Source of the DNA: Chrysomallon squamiferum
Lineage: Eukaryota > Animalia > Mollusca
Assembly (NCBI GenBank): GCA_012295275.1
Contig: CM022668.1
Location: 15,934,001 to 15,998,000, forward strand
Length of the DNA stretch: 64,000 nt
Reading direction: 5' to 3'
The position numbers and the translations under genes are program-made. The notes below the pieces were generated by a model. It did no database searches, was not told the DNA's origin, and saw only the letters and a list, made by a program, of their open reading frames with translations. Shown here one piece after another: positions 1 through 14,316 of this stretch; positions within the stretch are counted from its first letter, which is position 1; every line of letters begins with the position of its first letter.

Positions 1-706
1 AATAATAGACATCTATGTATACGAGGCATTGATTAAATGACATATTTCCCAAATTACTTTTAATAATATATGTAGAATTGATTGCATTATGAAGGCATAC
101 GTATTTAAACATTTGTAAACACTAAACGGCGTTTGACACTGTCATATTGGATTTCGATCGGAAGTTTACGTGAGCTCACGGACATTTTTAAACTTCCAGA
201 TTAAATTATTTTGCGTCTACTTTTCAGAACTTTTATGATTTACACTGATAAAGATAAGGATTGTCGTTCATATTACCAAACCATGATGTAACGCGCCTTT
301 TCTAACTACTTTTTCAACTTAATTAAACTTTTCAAACTGGATTATTTTTGTGTAATTGCGTGCATCATAAACTGAAATTATAATGTTGAATAAGATTAAT
401 GTATTAACTTTTGTAGTTATCAATGTTCCCCCCTCCCAGAATCCAGCAAAAAAAAGCACTTTTTGGGATTGTTTGTATCCATTAAATCGGCGAGATTTCA
501 TGAGGCTTTTTTCCGTGACGTAATTTGTGCCGTTACGAGTTATCGTTCCTGTTGGTCCATGCAATTTTCACTAGAATTGTTAATTCGATCAAATAATAAT
601 AATAATTATTAATATTAGTTTTTATTGTATAATAAAACAAAAAAAATATAATTAAAATTTTAACGATAAAGCATAACAACAACTGCCATATTTCTGGGGC
701 TGAATA

Positions 707-746
<40 letters not shown>

Positions 747-841
747 CATTTATTGATGATTTAACAACTCTTTAATATAGTTTTTAATACTAATGCTAAA
801 TGATGCCAGGTTACTCGGTACCACTTTTTTCAGAAATGGCA

Positions 842-1010
842 AATTCCCAACCTCCAAATATACACTAATTTACCATAATGTTTAAAAGCAGAAAGATCAA
901 ATATGTTTATTTTATTAGGAGAATTTCTTATAAAGACATAAATAAATATGCGAAAATAAACGAAACAGAATTCAGGTTATTACACTGAATAGCTCATTTA
1001 AATAGAACAC
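842..1010. repeat. Dispersed direct repeat, copy 1 (copy 2 at ~2935-3099)
   Basis: aattcccaacctccaaat...aaaagcagaa..gatcaaatat..gtttatttt..tagg.gaatttcttataaagac...gaaaataaacgaaac..aattcaggtt...ttaaatagaaca is shared colinearly with 2935-3099. Confidence 0.8.
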
Positions 1011-1767
1011 TGAGACCTATTTTTAGGTATGTGACAAAATTTTCAAAATTTTTAAATTTTTTCCGCATTATATCTCATTAAAGCAAAAAATACATATTAA
1101 AATGACATCAAAATCTCTTTGATAACATTGATAAGAAAAAAGTTATGAATCTTTATTGGAATACAATTTGAAGGTATTTTTCCTTCATAATCTACTGAGA
1201 AAGTGGTAAGTTTCTGTCATTTTTCAGAATAAACACTGAATATCTCATAGCTTCGATCCACTATACATGTATTATATATCAAAATGAATCTTTTTTTATG
1301 AGTTCTAAACCTATACTGTATTTTTAAGCAAGTTGCTAGTACTCATGAATTTTAATTAATTAATTAATTAACAGAATTAATTAGCTGGAATTCACTGTAC
1401 ACCAATGTTTGTCAACACTGGTTTGAGCCAATCAAAAAGATCTGTTGACATCACATGACCTGAACTGACTCCACATTAAGAAATCCACAAATGCATTTAA
1501 AAACTGAATGAAACATCAGGTTTTATTCTCATGTGATCATTAACATTTTTATCTAGAGTATTTACATTGCACAAAACTGCAATCAAAGTAATTTCATATC
1601 ACATATGTTTCAACATCAATTCCAACAGTAACTTCCACAGTTTGAGATTTCATTCTTTGCATTTTTACCAGATACACATTCACTTCACTGATTCAGTTAT
1701 GCAAACACTTTTAACTTATGCATGTTTTGTTTGTAGAGTATTTAATTTTTAACACATTTCCTTGCAG

Positions 1768-1916
1768 TTCATCTAAGAATCCTACTGCAATGAGAAAGCA
1801 CTCGTTTGACCAAAATTCAACAGATAAATTGAAACCAAAAGATTTCTTGCATTCAGGGGTAATAGGAGCAGAAGTGACACTAAATGCAGAAATTGTGAAA
1901 GAGGACAATTAAAATG
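1768..1916 (+). other. Isolated candidate exon (unassigned; coding or lncRNA)
   Basis: Pyrimidine tract plus ttgcag acceptor ending at 1767 and G|GTAAGA donor at 1917; short frame SSKNPTAMRKHSFDQ...VKEDN* with no recognisable homology. Confidence 0.2.
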
Positions 1917-2934
1917 GTAAGAAAATATTTCACTTATTTGATGCGTTAGTTACATTCATTAGTTGTATACTGAAATTACTGCTTATTTAATATATTTTTG
2001 ATTTATTTTTCAGAAAGAACATTTATTCAAAAATTAATGAAACCCAGTATTAATATTAATGTACAGATACTTGATGCATCAGATATCACATTAAATTATG
2101 TATCCTCTTATTTATATCACTTCAGGTCCTGATTTCCAACTTACTAATGATGACTGAAGACCTATGCAGATGCTGTTATTCAGATTTCTTGATCAGGAAA
2201 AATGTGAAGGCTTACGTTTTTAACTGGACTAGGGTCATACAGCAAATTTCAGTTAGTACTGGATATAACAGGGTGTGCAGTTTCCTATGAATGGTTTTTC
2301 AGGAACTAAAGTATCTAACTTTGTGTCAAATCAGTTGTTCTTGTTATATTTCTTGATGAAATTGAGCACAAATTGATAATTTCAAGCTTCTATTGTTTAG
2401 TTATTTATTTATTTTTATTTATTTATTTTTTTATTTTTTTTTTTTTTATCTTTTTATTTTTTTAAATATATTTAGAAATACCAAATGCTAGATGTAAATT
2501 ATAGTTACTAGAGGTGCCAGTAAATACAAGTTCATGCATTTAATTATACGTGATGCAATTTTTGGATTAGCTTTGTCTTCTGATTTTCCTGAATCTTGCT
2601 AGAGCAAATATAAATCAAAATGGCCCTGTAGTACTCACTTTCTCATATCAAACTTGTTAAATCAATCAGTTTTTCCTTTTGATTCAGTCAGAAATGATTT
2701 TATCAATATTTAGCTTATTAAAGGGTAAACTAGTTTTTCCTAATTTATAACAACTGAATTTTCAGATAGGTTCTGAAAAGAACATTAACATTAACCATCA
2801 AATTCTTAAGTGAGATCAGTGATCAATTTAAAAAAAAAAACAAACAAAAAGTAAGATTAACCTTCTGATAATTTATACAGTTAAATAGTTCTTCTTCTGA
2901 CCCCCATCACAGATATCACATTCAATAAATGATG

Positions 2935-3099
2935 AATTCCCAACCTCCAAATTTATGCAGAGTTACCTTAAAAGCAGAATGAGATCAAATATCTGTTTAT
3001 TTTGTTAGGGGAATTTCTTATAAAGACTTAACTGAAAATGAAAATAAACGAAACGAAATTCAGGTTGGTTATACTGAACAGATTTTTTAAATAGAACAT
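2935..3099. repeat. Dispersed direct repeat, copy 2 of 842-1010
   Basis: Colinear similarity to 842-1010 by visual alignment. Confidence 0.8.
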
Positions 3100-5227
3100 A
3101 CTATATTTCTGGAACAAACCAAAGTTAATGTTAATAATGTTACACCACAAATAATATATTTTCAGTCATTTTTCTGTCTTTCTGGTGTTGCTTGTGGGAT
3201 AATTTTGCATTCTTTTTCATTCTTGTGGAATAGCTCGTTTTACAGATTCTTCTGTGTTAACTCGATGACAGAATTTCTGATTTTCATTGTCTGTTCTTCT
3301 TGAAAGAACAAAAAAATCAGTGGCTGAAATGTTTTCATGGTTTCAGCAGTATGTGAAATCTTGTAAACTTGAGTTGAATCCAGGCATTTTTAATAATAAT
3401 TTTCAGTTAAAAGAAAAGTTAATCTGAAATCCATCCTATGCTAAGATGTGTAAGAGCTCTATAAAGCATCAAGTGAAGTCAGTTTCCAGCAGTTCTTCTG
3501 AATCAATAGGTGCAGTTGCATTAATAGAACACATATATATACTGTTGTCAATTTAAAAAAAAATATATTTATTTTTTTATTTTTGTGCAGTTGTATTTAC
3601 AATTTGACAAACATGAAAAGGTTAGAGCTAACACTGTCTGTATAAATGTTAGCAGACACAATTTGTCTGATGGACAGCTGAACCTAGATCAGAAATATCT
3701 CATCAAAATGTACACATCCTGTACAACATAAGAGCTATTCCAGTAGTCTTCGTGTTATATTTTCACATTAAGTCCAATCTTCAGAATAAAGCAGTAGCCT
3801 CATTTTTATGTTCACTTACTTGAAAATAGCATGATACATTTTTAGATATGTATATATATATATTTTTTCAAATTTATAGCTTTGCTGATATTATCAAAGT
3901 CCATAAGAATTAAAAGTAATTTGCATATAAGCAAGTTTTCTGAAAGAAATATGAAATAATGCTTATTGTAAACTTTCACAACATTACCCTTCTCCTGTCA
4001 GTTTTTCTTACATGGTCTGATAAAGGCTGGAAAGTTGTCTATTCAGAAAAGTTAACATTTATTCTGTGGAAAAAGGCAAAATGCATTTATGCTGATCCAG
4101 ATTTGGAGATTTGAAGGTTTGTTTTGTTTTGTTTTGTTTTGGGTTTTTTCTAATCAAAAGACATCTGATTGAACTATCTTTTATTTCAAACATTTATTTT
4201 TATATGTGCTATATTCTAAATATTAAGCTACCTCATACTCTTACAGGAGGCTGTAAAACCTGTTTTCCTAGAACACCTGCAAATCACCTTTCTTTGGCTA
4301 AGTAAAATGGGGTTGTCCTGATATACATAACTTTTATATAGAAACTTTTTGCCAGTATAAAACAATTTATCAGACACTTGGATTTAATTTTTATTATATA
4401 TATCCCTTATGATGTTAAGAAATTCATTAATAAATAATGGTATGAAATCTTGTCAGTCATTTGTTACAGATTTATTGCTGACATTGCTGTTTATCTGTGT
4501 GACCCGTTTCTTCACTCTTTAACGAAGGATATCTCAAGGTGACTCCTTCCTTTGACATGTCCCTCATGAAGCACTTTCATTTCTATGGTTTTTAACTGTA
4601 AAGTTTCTGTAAAGAGTTCGGCACTTTAAGTCACTCCACATGCATCTGTAAACAGTTGAAGGCTGATTAAATAGTGGAGAAAACAAGATCAGGTGGTCTG
4701 TAATGAAAAGTAACACTATTAGAGTATTTTAAAATAAAAATTTAACATAAAAAGGAAAATAGTTTGGATCTTGTACAATTAAATAACTACCACTTCTGTA
4801 ATAAAAAAGCAATCAGTAATTAGTTCATCAACATATTCTGTAAATCAAATGTATATATATATATTTTTTTTTTTTTATCTATATATTTACATACACCTCT
4901 TTTTGCTTCTTTCTTTTCTTTATATATACATATATATAATATTTTGTTGTTAGAATCAGAAATTGACTAGGAAATTAAAACACAGAAGAAGAAAACATTT
5001 TACTTCTGTGAGAATATTATATACAAGATATTTTAATCTGCATAAAAATAATACTGTTAGACAACATCAGAATATGTGTTTTATTTCTTCACAACTGATG
5101 TCATCATTTTTCAACTATTTTTTGTTATTTTGTTATTGCAAAATGCATAAAAAAAAAAGTTGGAAATATGCAGGATATTTCTTCATATCACCAAAGGTAC
5201 ATATTAATAATGTAGTATTCTCGCAGG

Positions 5228-5530
5228 AAAATATCTGTGACTCCTTTTTTATTTCTTCTTTCTTGAATGTATGCATTTTTTAAATTTTACAACTTAATTA
5301 CTTGGATGTATTTGTTACATTAAATTGCAATAATGTAATGTTCTATTGTAACAGACTTGGAAATGGTTATATTTCCTAAAGCTTTTATTCAATATGTTTT
5401 CTTCTTTTCTTTGTTTTTGTTTTTATTACATGCTTATTTTCAGAATATTCCATTCACATTGTAATGATCTTATACAAATCCTGATGTTCTATTAATTATA
5501 ATGTTTTCAAGGACATTCAAGAATACTCCA
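5228..5530. repeat. Diverged direct duplication, copy 1 (copy 2 at ~7296-7600)
   Basis: Shared blocks aaaatatctg, ttcttgaat, caataatgtaatgttct.ttgtaa, ttggaaatg..tatatttcctaa, atgcttatt, caaatcctg, aagaatact in the same order. Confidence 0.8.
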
Positions 5531-7295
5531 ACAAAACTATAAGCCTTTTCTTTGCTGTCCTTAAAAAATAGATATATTTACGTACATCACTTTTTATTAT
5601 TTTTTTTATTTTTTATTTATTTCAGAAAATATAATGGCAATATATACTTGGTCAAATACTTCTGTAAGAAAATTATATACACCATAATTTAATATGTGTT
5701 ATTTTATTTGTTTATTTTTTATTTCAAATTTTTATCAAATTATTTTCAGTCATAGTAAATTATTAAACTGGTATTTAAATACTGTGATATTAAAACCTCT
5801 TCCTCGAGTCAGGCTTGCAGCATTTTTCACTTCTTTCCTTTCTGTCCTTTCTCCAAGGTAGGCAGGGTAATATACCATGTTCATTTTCTCCCAAGTGAAC
5901 AGTAGTAAATACTGACTTTTAATTATTTCATGATTTCAAAATCAGCAAAGTCTTGCTTGAAGAAATGAAGTAGTAATTTTCTTACGTTGTCCAAGCCCAA
6001 CTAGTCACATAAAACTACACATAAGAGAAAATCTGTGGGAGTCTTTCAAAGTTGTGTCTTAATATTCATTAAAAGTACTACTACTACTACAAAGTAGAAA
6101 ATATTTTGTAATTGTGATTACTTGTTGGTGTCTTAATTCCAGAAGTAAATACTTGACAGTTTTTTGTACAAATGGTAGGCTTTGTTACATCTGTAAAGAT
6201 ATTGTTTCATATTATTTCAATTATGATGTTTCATTACTTTATTTTATACATTTATGTATTTATTTATTTATTTTACTTGTTTGTTTATTTATTACTTTGC
6301 AATGTAATTATGGGTGAAGTATTGGCTAATTTCACATGCGCAGAAGAGCATACTTCCCAATATAGATCAGATATAGTTAATTGATAAATGTTCCCTCCAC
6401 CGGACTCTTTCTGTAATTCAGTGAATGAAACAAATCTACTGTTAAAAGCTATGGCTCAACATTATTATTGTATAACCTTTTTTTTTTTTTTTTTTTTTTT
6501 TCTGTATATAATTTCATTTAGAGAATGGAACATAAAACACAAGATTCAAATGAATTCATTCCACATCTCATTTAGGTTATCTCAAGTCACTATAAGTTTA
6601 TATTGCTCCCATTTCGTTTGCCTGGATTTTTCACCATCTGTAAATCATTTTGCTATTAATTTCTGTTACACATACCTCCTAACAAATTTTTTATATATAT
6701 ACATAGGTTCATGTATGTATACATAAATGTATGTATGTTTCTAGGTGTGTATGCATTTGCAAACAAGCTATGATTTTACAAAGTATGTATCAGTTTTAAT
6801 GTCTTGTAGAACTTGTGAAAATATGTAGCAATGATCCATGCTACTGCTTTTCTGTATTTTACAGTGACAAAAAGATTTATGTTCTTATTAAATCTGTTTC
6901 TTGCAAATGGAATGAGATAGATTTGTTGCTTGCTGTAAAAAAAAATTAAATTTCCCAAAGCCTCACCTAATCAGTCAGTCACCAACATGAAGTTGGCAAG
7001 AATAAATTATCTATAATCGTGGCAGTGTTAATTTATTTTAATTTTTGAAAAATAATGTATGGAAATAGCAAATATGATGTGCCATTGTTAAGATCAAATA
7101 TTTTAAAGGGAGATAACCTTTATAAGTATAAGTTTAAGTAAAACACCATTTCAGGTTTCTGATGCATCATCCTGTGTAAAACTGAATATTATAAAGAGAA
7201 ATAATCTTTTCAAATTATTTATAATTATATTAAAATCAAAAACTAAAGATATATAGTGCTGCTGTTGACAATGATCATGTAGTATTCTTGTAAGA

Positions 7296-7600
7296 AAATA
7301 TCTGCAGCTTCTTGTTCTTTCATGTTTCTTGAATATAAGCATTTTTCAAATGTTTGCAGCTTTATTGCTTGGCTGTATTTGATATATTAAAATTACAATA
7401 ATGTAATGTTCTGTTGTAAGAGTTGGAAATGAGTATATTTCCTAAGCTTTTATAGAATGTGTTCTTGAGGGGTTTTGAGTGGGTTTTTTTTTGTTGTTGT
7501 ACAATGCTTATTCTTCAGTTATTCCATTTGCATTACAGTAATGTTAGGCAAATCCTGTCTATTATTAATTATGTCTACAACATATAAGAATACTACCATA
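7296..7600. repeat. Diverged direct duplication, copy 2 of 5228-5530
   Basis: Colinear similarity to 5228-5530. Confidence 0.8.
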
Positions 7601-8777
7601 ATTGTAGATTATATTTATTTGGTCAGGAGAATTTGTTAAAGCAGGGAGAATTGCTAGTTAAGCTTAAAAATGATTATTCTTAATGAACTGTTTGTAACAT
7701 TTTTTTTCTTGTATGTACATTTTCTGATAATTACAGAGCAGTTTATATAGTATATTCATTCAAAGCATTTAATGTCCAGATAAACTGTATTTTTTTTCTC
7801 GTTTATACTGTTTGGAAAAAGCTACAAAATGAATACAAGTTGACAATGGAAGATGTAATTGACAGTGAAACTCAAACCCAGTACATCAATAGCCACAACT
7901 ATTGTGCAATAAATCACATTTAATATTTCTTTGTACTTTGTTATTGGTGTGGTTGTTAAAAATTGACAAACTGACTTCTTGAGTATTATGCAGAAAAGAA
8001 GCTCCCAACATCCATAATTATACCTGCGGTTCTAAAAACAATTTTTGATACAGGAGACTTAATGAAATGTGATGATAAGTTATTAAGAAAAATAAATAGA
8101 TTTTATTATTTATTTATTTATTTATTTTTATTTTCAGTTCTATAAAGCACATTTCATAAAGTATCTTTTCAGTAAAGGATTTACAGAATTTAGTGTCTAG
8201 AAGAAGGTAAAAGTGGAAAATGAAAGATATTTAGTAAATGATAAATAACACAAGCTGATCATGATAAAAAGAACATTTTCAAAAATGATTTATTTTGGTA
8301 ATCATAACAGTTTTTGTGGATTTTTTTTTATATTTTGCAGGACATATAATAATTGTAAAATTAGTTATGGAGAAACTGGCAAGATTGGGAAAGTTTTTGT
8401 CTCAGCAGGATTAATCCTATGACTGATATTTCTTTCCTCTGTTCATCAAGTTAAAACCAGTTACCCCAGAGTAAAAATAAAGATCATTTTTTAAATCATG
8501 TATTGTGATTGCACTAGTTGGCTGAAATAAAATGTTAAGTATTTCTGTAAAAGAAGAAAACCTGAATTGCTTGCCTGCAGATCTAAGATGATCAGAAAAA
8601 TAACTTAATGTTGGTACATCTTCATCTGTGTTCTACAAATTGTTTAGTAAAAGGCAGCTGTATGTACCATAATGTCTATAAAAAATACTGTTGAATCAAT
8701 CCCTTTTGGTGGACTTGTTAAACTTATTTTACATAGGCAGTGCTACTGAACTGGGGTAACAGAGACAATAGCATGTT

Positions 8778-8951
8778 GTACAGCCTGTGGGATGGTGTAT
8801 GTCAGTAATGTTTGCTGCTAATTGGAAAGAGTAACCACAGAATGGCAGCTGTTGGTTTCCTCTCATTATCTGGTCCTTAACCATGTTTGATGTCATATCA
8901 CCATAATTAAAATATGTTCAGTGCCTCATTTAATACTGAAACATTTCCTTC
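8778..8951 (+). mobile_element. Degenerate 3' half of a gastropod SINE-like repeat
   Basis: tgtgggatggtgtat...tgctgctaattggaaagagta...ggtttcctctc...tggtccttaaccat...aaaacatttccttc resembles, from memory, the core and 3' tail of an abundant gastropod SINE; no database search was run. Confidence 0.55.
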
Positions 8952-10173
8952 AATAATTTATTTGCATTTTTAAAATTTTTTAAATTAAATCACTTTTATT
9001 TTAAACCTTTTAAATAAATATATTTTTTAATTATTAATTTTTTATTTATTTATTTTATATTATTTAATTTTTTATTTTTTTTTATTTTTTATAAAGTATG
9101 CAATATAAAAATGCAATATAAAACAATAAAAAATAAATAAATTACTGAAGTGAAACACTTTTGTCCAAATCTTGTAAGAAAAGAATGTTTATAACGTTGA
9201 AATGTTTCCATGTTTAATTTTTCATAATTAGGCGACGTTTATATATCTGAATTTAAAATACAGAAAAATACTGATTTTAATAAAAACAGGTATAAAGTTT
9301 AATACCATCATCAATCAAAAATTGCACACACCCGTTGTGAAGTATCTTGTTTTCATTGATATATAATTTGAATAACAGACGCAAAGTGCCACGATGAAAG
9401 AAAAAACAAATATAGAGGGATTTTCATGCATCTTTTTTCTATCATTATTTACTTTTTTTGGCACGGTAGAGAAGTTTTCTTAGTTCTGTCTTTATTTGCC
9501 AGCGTATTTACCATCACTGTGTGAATGCTCTCCTGCTACTGCGCAGAAAACTTTCTTTTGTGTTACTCAGAAAAGTAAACACAGGCTTTTGCCGAGGATA
9601 ATCACCGAACAGTCGAAAATCTGGATTTATTCAGGTTAAGTGTCGACACCTGAAGCCTCTTAGCCTTAATAATACCGCGAATTAATAGCGTGACTAGCAA
9701 CCGTTTCATTTACATGGCCACCAAGGGGAATAACTCAAAGAGAAAATGTTCCTGCGTTTTCATGAATAATGCAAGTGGAAAAGAGACAATCTCACTTGAC
9801 AGTAAAACACCTGCAATTTGGATTACTTGCTTTAGATTTTAAACTTGTAAAAAGATTACGATTATCAGCCGAGATTTGTGAAATAAATGACTAATTGTGG
9901 TTTTAGTATATTCCCTGTAATTAAATATCAAATAAAGAAATTAATTGTAAAACGTCGAAAATGGCTTCAGTTGTGTTTACATTCTTGGCGCTTTTGAAGT
10001 TTAACCAGAAAGGGCTACATTAATTTTTTGTAAAGTAAATAACAGGCATATATCAGGTTTCAGTTTAAATAAATATATTAAATATCTAATAAAGAAATCA
10101 CTTGTATTAATGCTGAAAACAGTTTAAGATTCTATATATGTATGTACGTATGTATGTATAAATGAATCGATGG

Positions 10174-10204
<31 letters not shown>

Positions 10205-10716
10205 GTTTTGAAGTTTATAAAAAAGAAAAAGAAGTAAATACCTAGGTAACAAGTTTCCAAAATTTTAATTTATATGTTAATATAGCTTTATTTCACTTAC
10301 TCTATTTATACAACTAAAATTGTTGGTTATTTTAGTTCACTTTTAGGTAATTTATCTTGTGATATTTATTATAATATAGAATAATATTTTTATATACTTC
10401 TGAATTTTAAAATAATATAAGCAACATAATTATAATATAAGCAAACATACATATGTACATACCAGTTAATATATTTAATATATTTATCCTAAACAATCTT
10501 TCTTAATAATAAAGATAGGTGATAGAGGAATGAAGATGGCACCTTTTTATTACAGTGTTTGATAAACTAAAATGTAAATAATAATAAAACGTAATAGTAG
10601 TAGTAGTACTAGTACTAGTAGTAGTACAACTATGACAATAATAATGATAATGGTGACGATGAAGACGATAATGATGATGATGATAATAGAAAAAAAAAAT
10701 TTATCACAGAAACTTA

Positions 10717-10755
<39 letters not shown>

Positions 10756-10871
10756 GATCCTATATGATTAAAATAAATAAATTTGTGAATGATTTTTGAC
10801 ACTACTTCACAGTTTAATATTAATATGCAAACAGTTATTGACTTTTTGTTTGTAGTGATTACTAATTAGCA

Positions 10872-11112
10872 ATAAGGAATCGTTTTAATGCACCTTCTCA
10901 CATATGTATAGTCCATCAATATTATTGTATATTAAGGTGATTATTAGAAATGTCTTAATGCATCAGTGTCTTCCTACAACAGGGCAGAACGCATCACTGC
11001 CTTCGGCGAGCAAACGGAGCAGTGGTGGAATGGGAAAGAACCTAAAAAGAGTGCAGTGGTGAGGACAGATCTTATGAATCATTACATCTGAGGCTAATGC
11101 TCTAACCATTAG
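10872..11112 (-). mobile_element. Highly degenerate SINE-like copy
   Basis: Loose resemblance to the reverse complement of the same SINE (ttttaatgcac...gcctt...ggagca.tgg.ggaa...gctctaacca). Confidence 0.3.
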
Positions 11113-11520
11113 CAGATGAGAAATAAAGGAAATATTATTCTAATTCTGATAGGAAAAAAAAAAAAAAAAAGAATAGAAACGAAAGGAGGAAAAAATGTGT
11201 ATTTGTGTGTGTGTGTGTGGGGGGGGTCTGTTATGTGGTTGTGTGTGTTTTAACATTATTAAACAAAGATGCAGCTTAAAATACATAAATAAATAAATGT
11301 AAGTAAAAAAAAAAACAGATAAAACGTGGAAAATAAAATGAAAACTAACATAATAATAATAAAATTAAAAACAAAATTAAAGAAAAACAAAGGCACTGTT
11401 CATAATTAATAAACTTTTCTCTAGGCAATTTAAATTTTAAATTACACTTTTAATTTATTATATAGAACTGGATAATTTAATTTTATATTATTGTCAGTTT
11501 GTTTAATATATAAATCCATC

Positions 11521-11680
11521 AGAGTCACAGCGAAAAACCCAGGTCGCTTCAATGTCGAGGCAAAAGGCATTGTTGATTATAAATATTCATGAGGTCAAAA
11601 TACAGTAAAGAAGAGTTACAATGGCGGCACGACGTCTGGCCCTTTCAGCTTCACATTGTTAGTTTATTATTCTGCTAGTG
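11521..11680 (+). other. Candidate 5' UTR exon of the ACVR1-like gene, carrying short uORFs
   Basis: CpG-enriched patch ending in a strong GTG|GTGAGT donor at 11681; ATGs at 11589 and 11621 both hit TAG before the donor. Confidence 0.3.
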
Positions 11681-13213
11681 GTGAGTAAAAACATTTCCAG
11701 TATCTACCTGAAAATGAGATGCATGTTTTAATAAGTATATTTTCTTCAATCTTTTATAACTTAGTCAGACAGTGGTGTGAGCATAGATTTTTCCAGTGAT
11801 CTGTGTAAGGCACTGCAGTGAATCATGTCAGCGTTACGGTACAGAGTGTGGTGGTTGTAATGTTTATGTTGAATCTTTGATTTTTGTTTACATCAGGCAA
11901 TGATACAGTCATTTTAAACATATGGAGTTGTTAATATGTACATGGTTTTTATAATTTCTGCCTAACGCCTGCTAACAATATTTAACCATATTCAGCAGTT
12001 TTTCATGTTTACAGTTACACAGTCTAAAAGTAAAACTTAGAAGTTTATATTCTCGATTTAACGATAACAGTTTACCGGTCTATTAACGATAAATGGCTTC
12101 TGCATTGTTATCAAACAGACTGTTAAACATTAATATCATTCTTTGTTCACTTTTCTGCAGACAAAAACCAATACAATACCAGTAGTACAGGATGATAAGT
12201 TCTCTAGAAAAAAAATAATACTTCTTGCCAAATCGTCAGATGTTGACATTTAACGGGCACTCTCAAAGAGTACTCTGTCATAAGTTGAAGTAGTACTGAA
12301 CATTTTTAAAAATAAATTGAAATAATAGTTAATTAACAACATCTTAGGAGCCTGAAATCTGAAAACTGAATACAGTCTGCCAGTTAACTAAATTGCTGAC
12401 TGATTAGCAATAGAATTATTTTTTTGTGGTGACCATAACATTATTATTTAAAAAATATATAAATATATATTTTCAAAAAGAAGGTGACAAACGTTGTTGT
12501 TTTTTAAATCTACTTTCATGTGTTTTACAAATTTGAGTTAAACTAGAAATGATTTGTGAGCACTTCCAAAATATAAAGATTTCTTGCAAGAACATTCTGT
12601 TCCTTCTGAACTACATAAATCATTATATAAACATTAATAATAATTCTGTATGAAAGGTTATAATATTCTACAAGTTCATACTAATTATGCATTTTGGTTT
12701 ACATTGATGGTGGGTTGCTTATAAATTCTGTGCAAGTTCATTCTTGGAATACATGGTTGAATACACACCATTCAAAGTGAATAATAAGTGATCAACACCT
12801 TATTGCTAATCCTTGTAAAACTGTTCATTAATAAATGTTGCACATTTGATTTGTTGTTTGAGGTGATGAGATTATAAAGCATTTATCTAATAAATATTAA
12901 AATAAATTTTAAATAAACTAAATCTATATAAAACCATATTTTAATATTTATTACTATGCCTCTAGAATGTTCTATTTCTTTTCTTCTGTTTTACAAAATA
13001 TTTTTTATTTCATTAAATAGGAACAAGTTCATATTATTGATATTTCGATGTCTGATGATGTTGCAGTCATATCCATGTATTGTTCTATATTTCATTAATT
13101 GATCTTTTAATATGAGTTCAGGAAATCATGTCATCAAAGATATAAGTGTAAATAACTTTTAAAAAAAAGAACAAAATCAAAAAATAAGAATGGTAACAAC
13201 CAAAAAGTTAAAA

Positions 13214-13244
<31 letters not shown>

Positions 13245-13652
13245 AAGAAAGGAACTAAAAAATAATAAATAAATCAGTCATTCATTATTTAGTGGTGTAT
13301 TTCCACTGATATCATTTATTTTAACAAGTCCAGAAAATGTTGAATTTGACATAGTGTATGTGTTAATGTCACACCACACTTGTTACTCCAAAAATGACAG
13401 CCTTTTTTTTTTTTTTTTTTTCTAAACATATTGTCATACTTTATTATTAGACAAGGTCACTCAGTGGATATGAGTTTTTTTTTTTTTTTTTATCTTGGTG
13501 GTATGTTTTAAATCTACCTGTATACAGTTCTTTATAAAGGCACACGTTAATAATAATAATAATTATTATCATTGTTATTATTATTTTCTTTCTTTCCTTT
13601 TTAATTCTTACTTTTTCTTTTTAAATTTTTAATCCTTTATTTTTATTATTAT

Positions 13653-13687
<35 letters not shown>

Positions 13688-14279
13688 TTTTTTTAAATTA
13701 ATTATTAACAGTGAAAGATATGAATACAGTGCTAGTTTTATGCAAATATAACATGTTACTATATACACCGATTATTTATCTGTGTATTTAACAGACTGGA
13801 AACTAGCAAATGAGACTGTTGTAAATATGTTATCTGTTAAGCTGTAGGAAAAGACTAGCCCACTGTTTATAATTGTGACACATGCAGATCTGAGCGTCAG
13901 CCTCCTTTGTAGGTGGAGGGGGGTGGATCACCATTTGGTCTGGGTAAACATTTTAGAGTGAATACATCCTATGCTGGAAAGAACATGGAGTTGGAGTTTT
14001 TGTAAAAATACACACTGAAATGCAAAAAGTGTTCTCAGTTTTGTTTTATTTGTTTAGAAGCTCTCGGTTTTAGAGGCAGAATTCACCATGTATGTGAAAG
14101 TACAGTGTGAATATCTTTTCTTTCTTCTTTATTTTATCTTTTTAGTCTTTGTTCAAGCATTTTTTTAATTTTTTTATATGTGAGAAATGCTTGATTTAGA
14201 ATAAGTTACATAATATTAAAAACATTAGTGAAATTGTTATGTACATTTTAATTACAAAATTAATTCTTGTGTATTTCCC

Positions 14280-14316
<37 letters not shown>
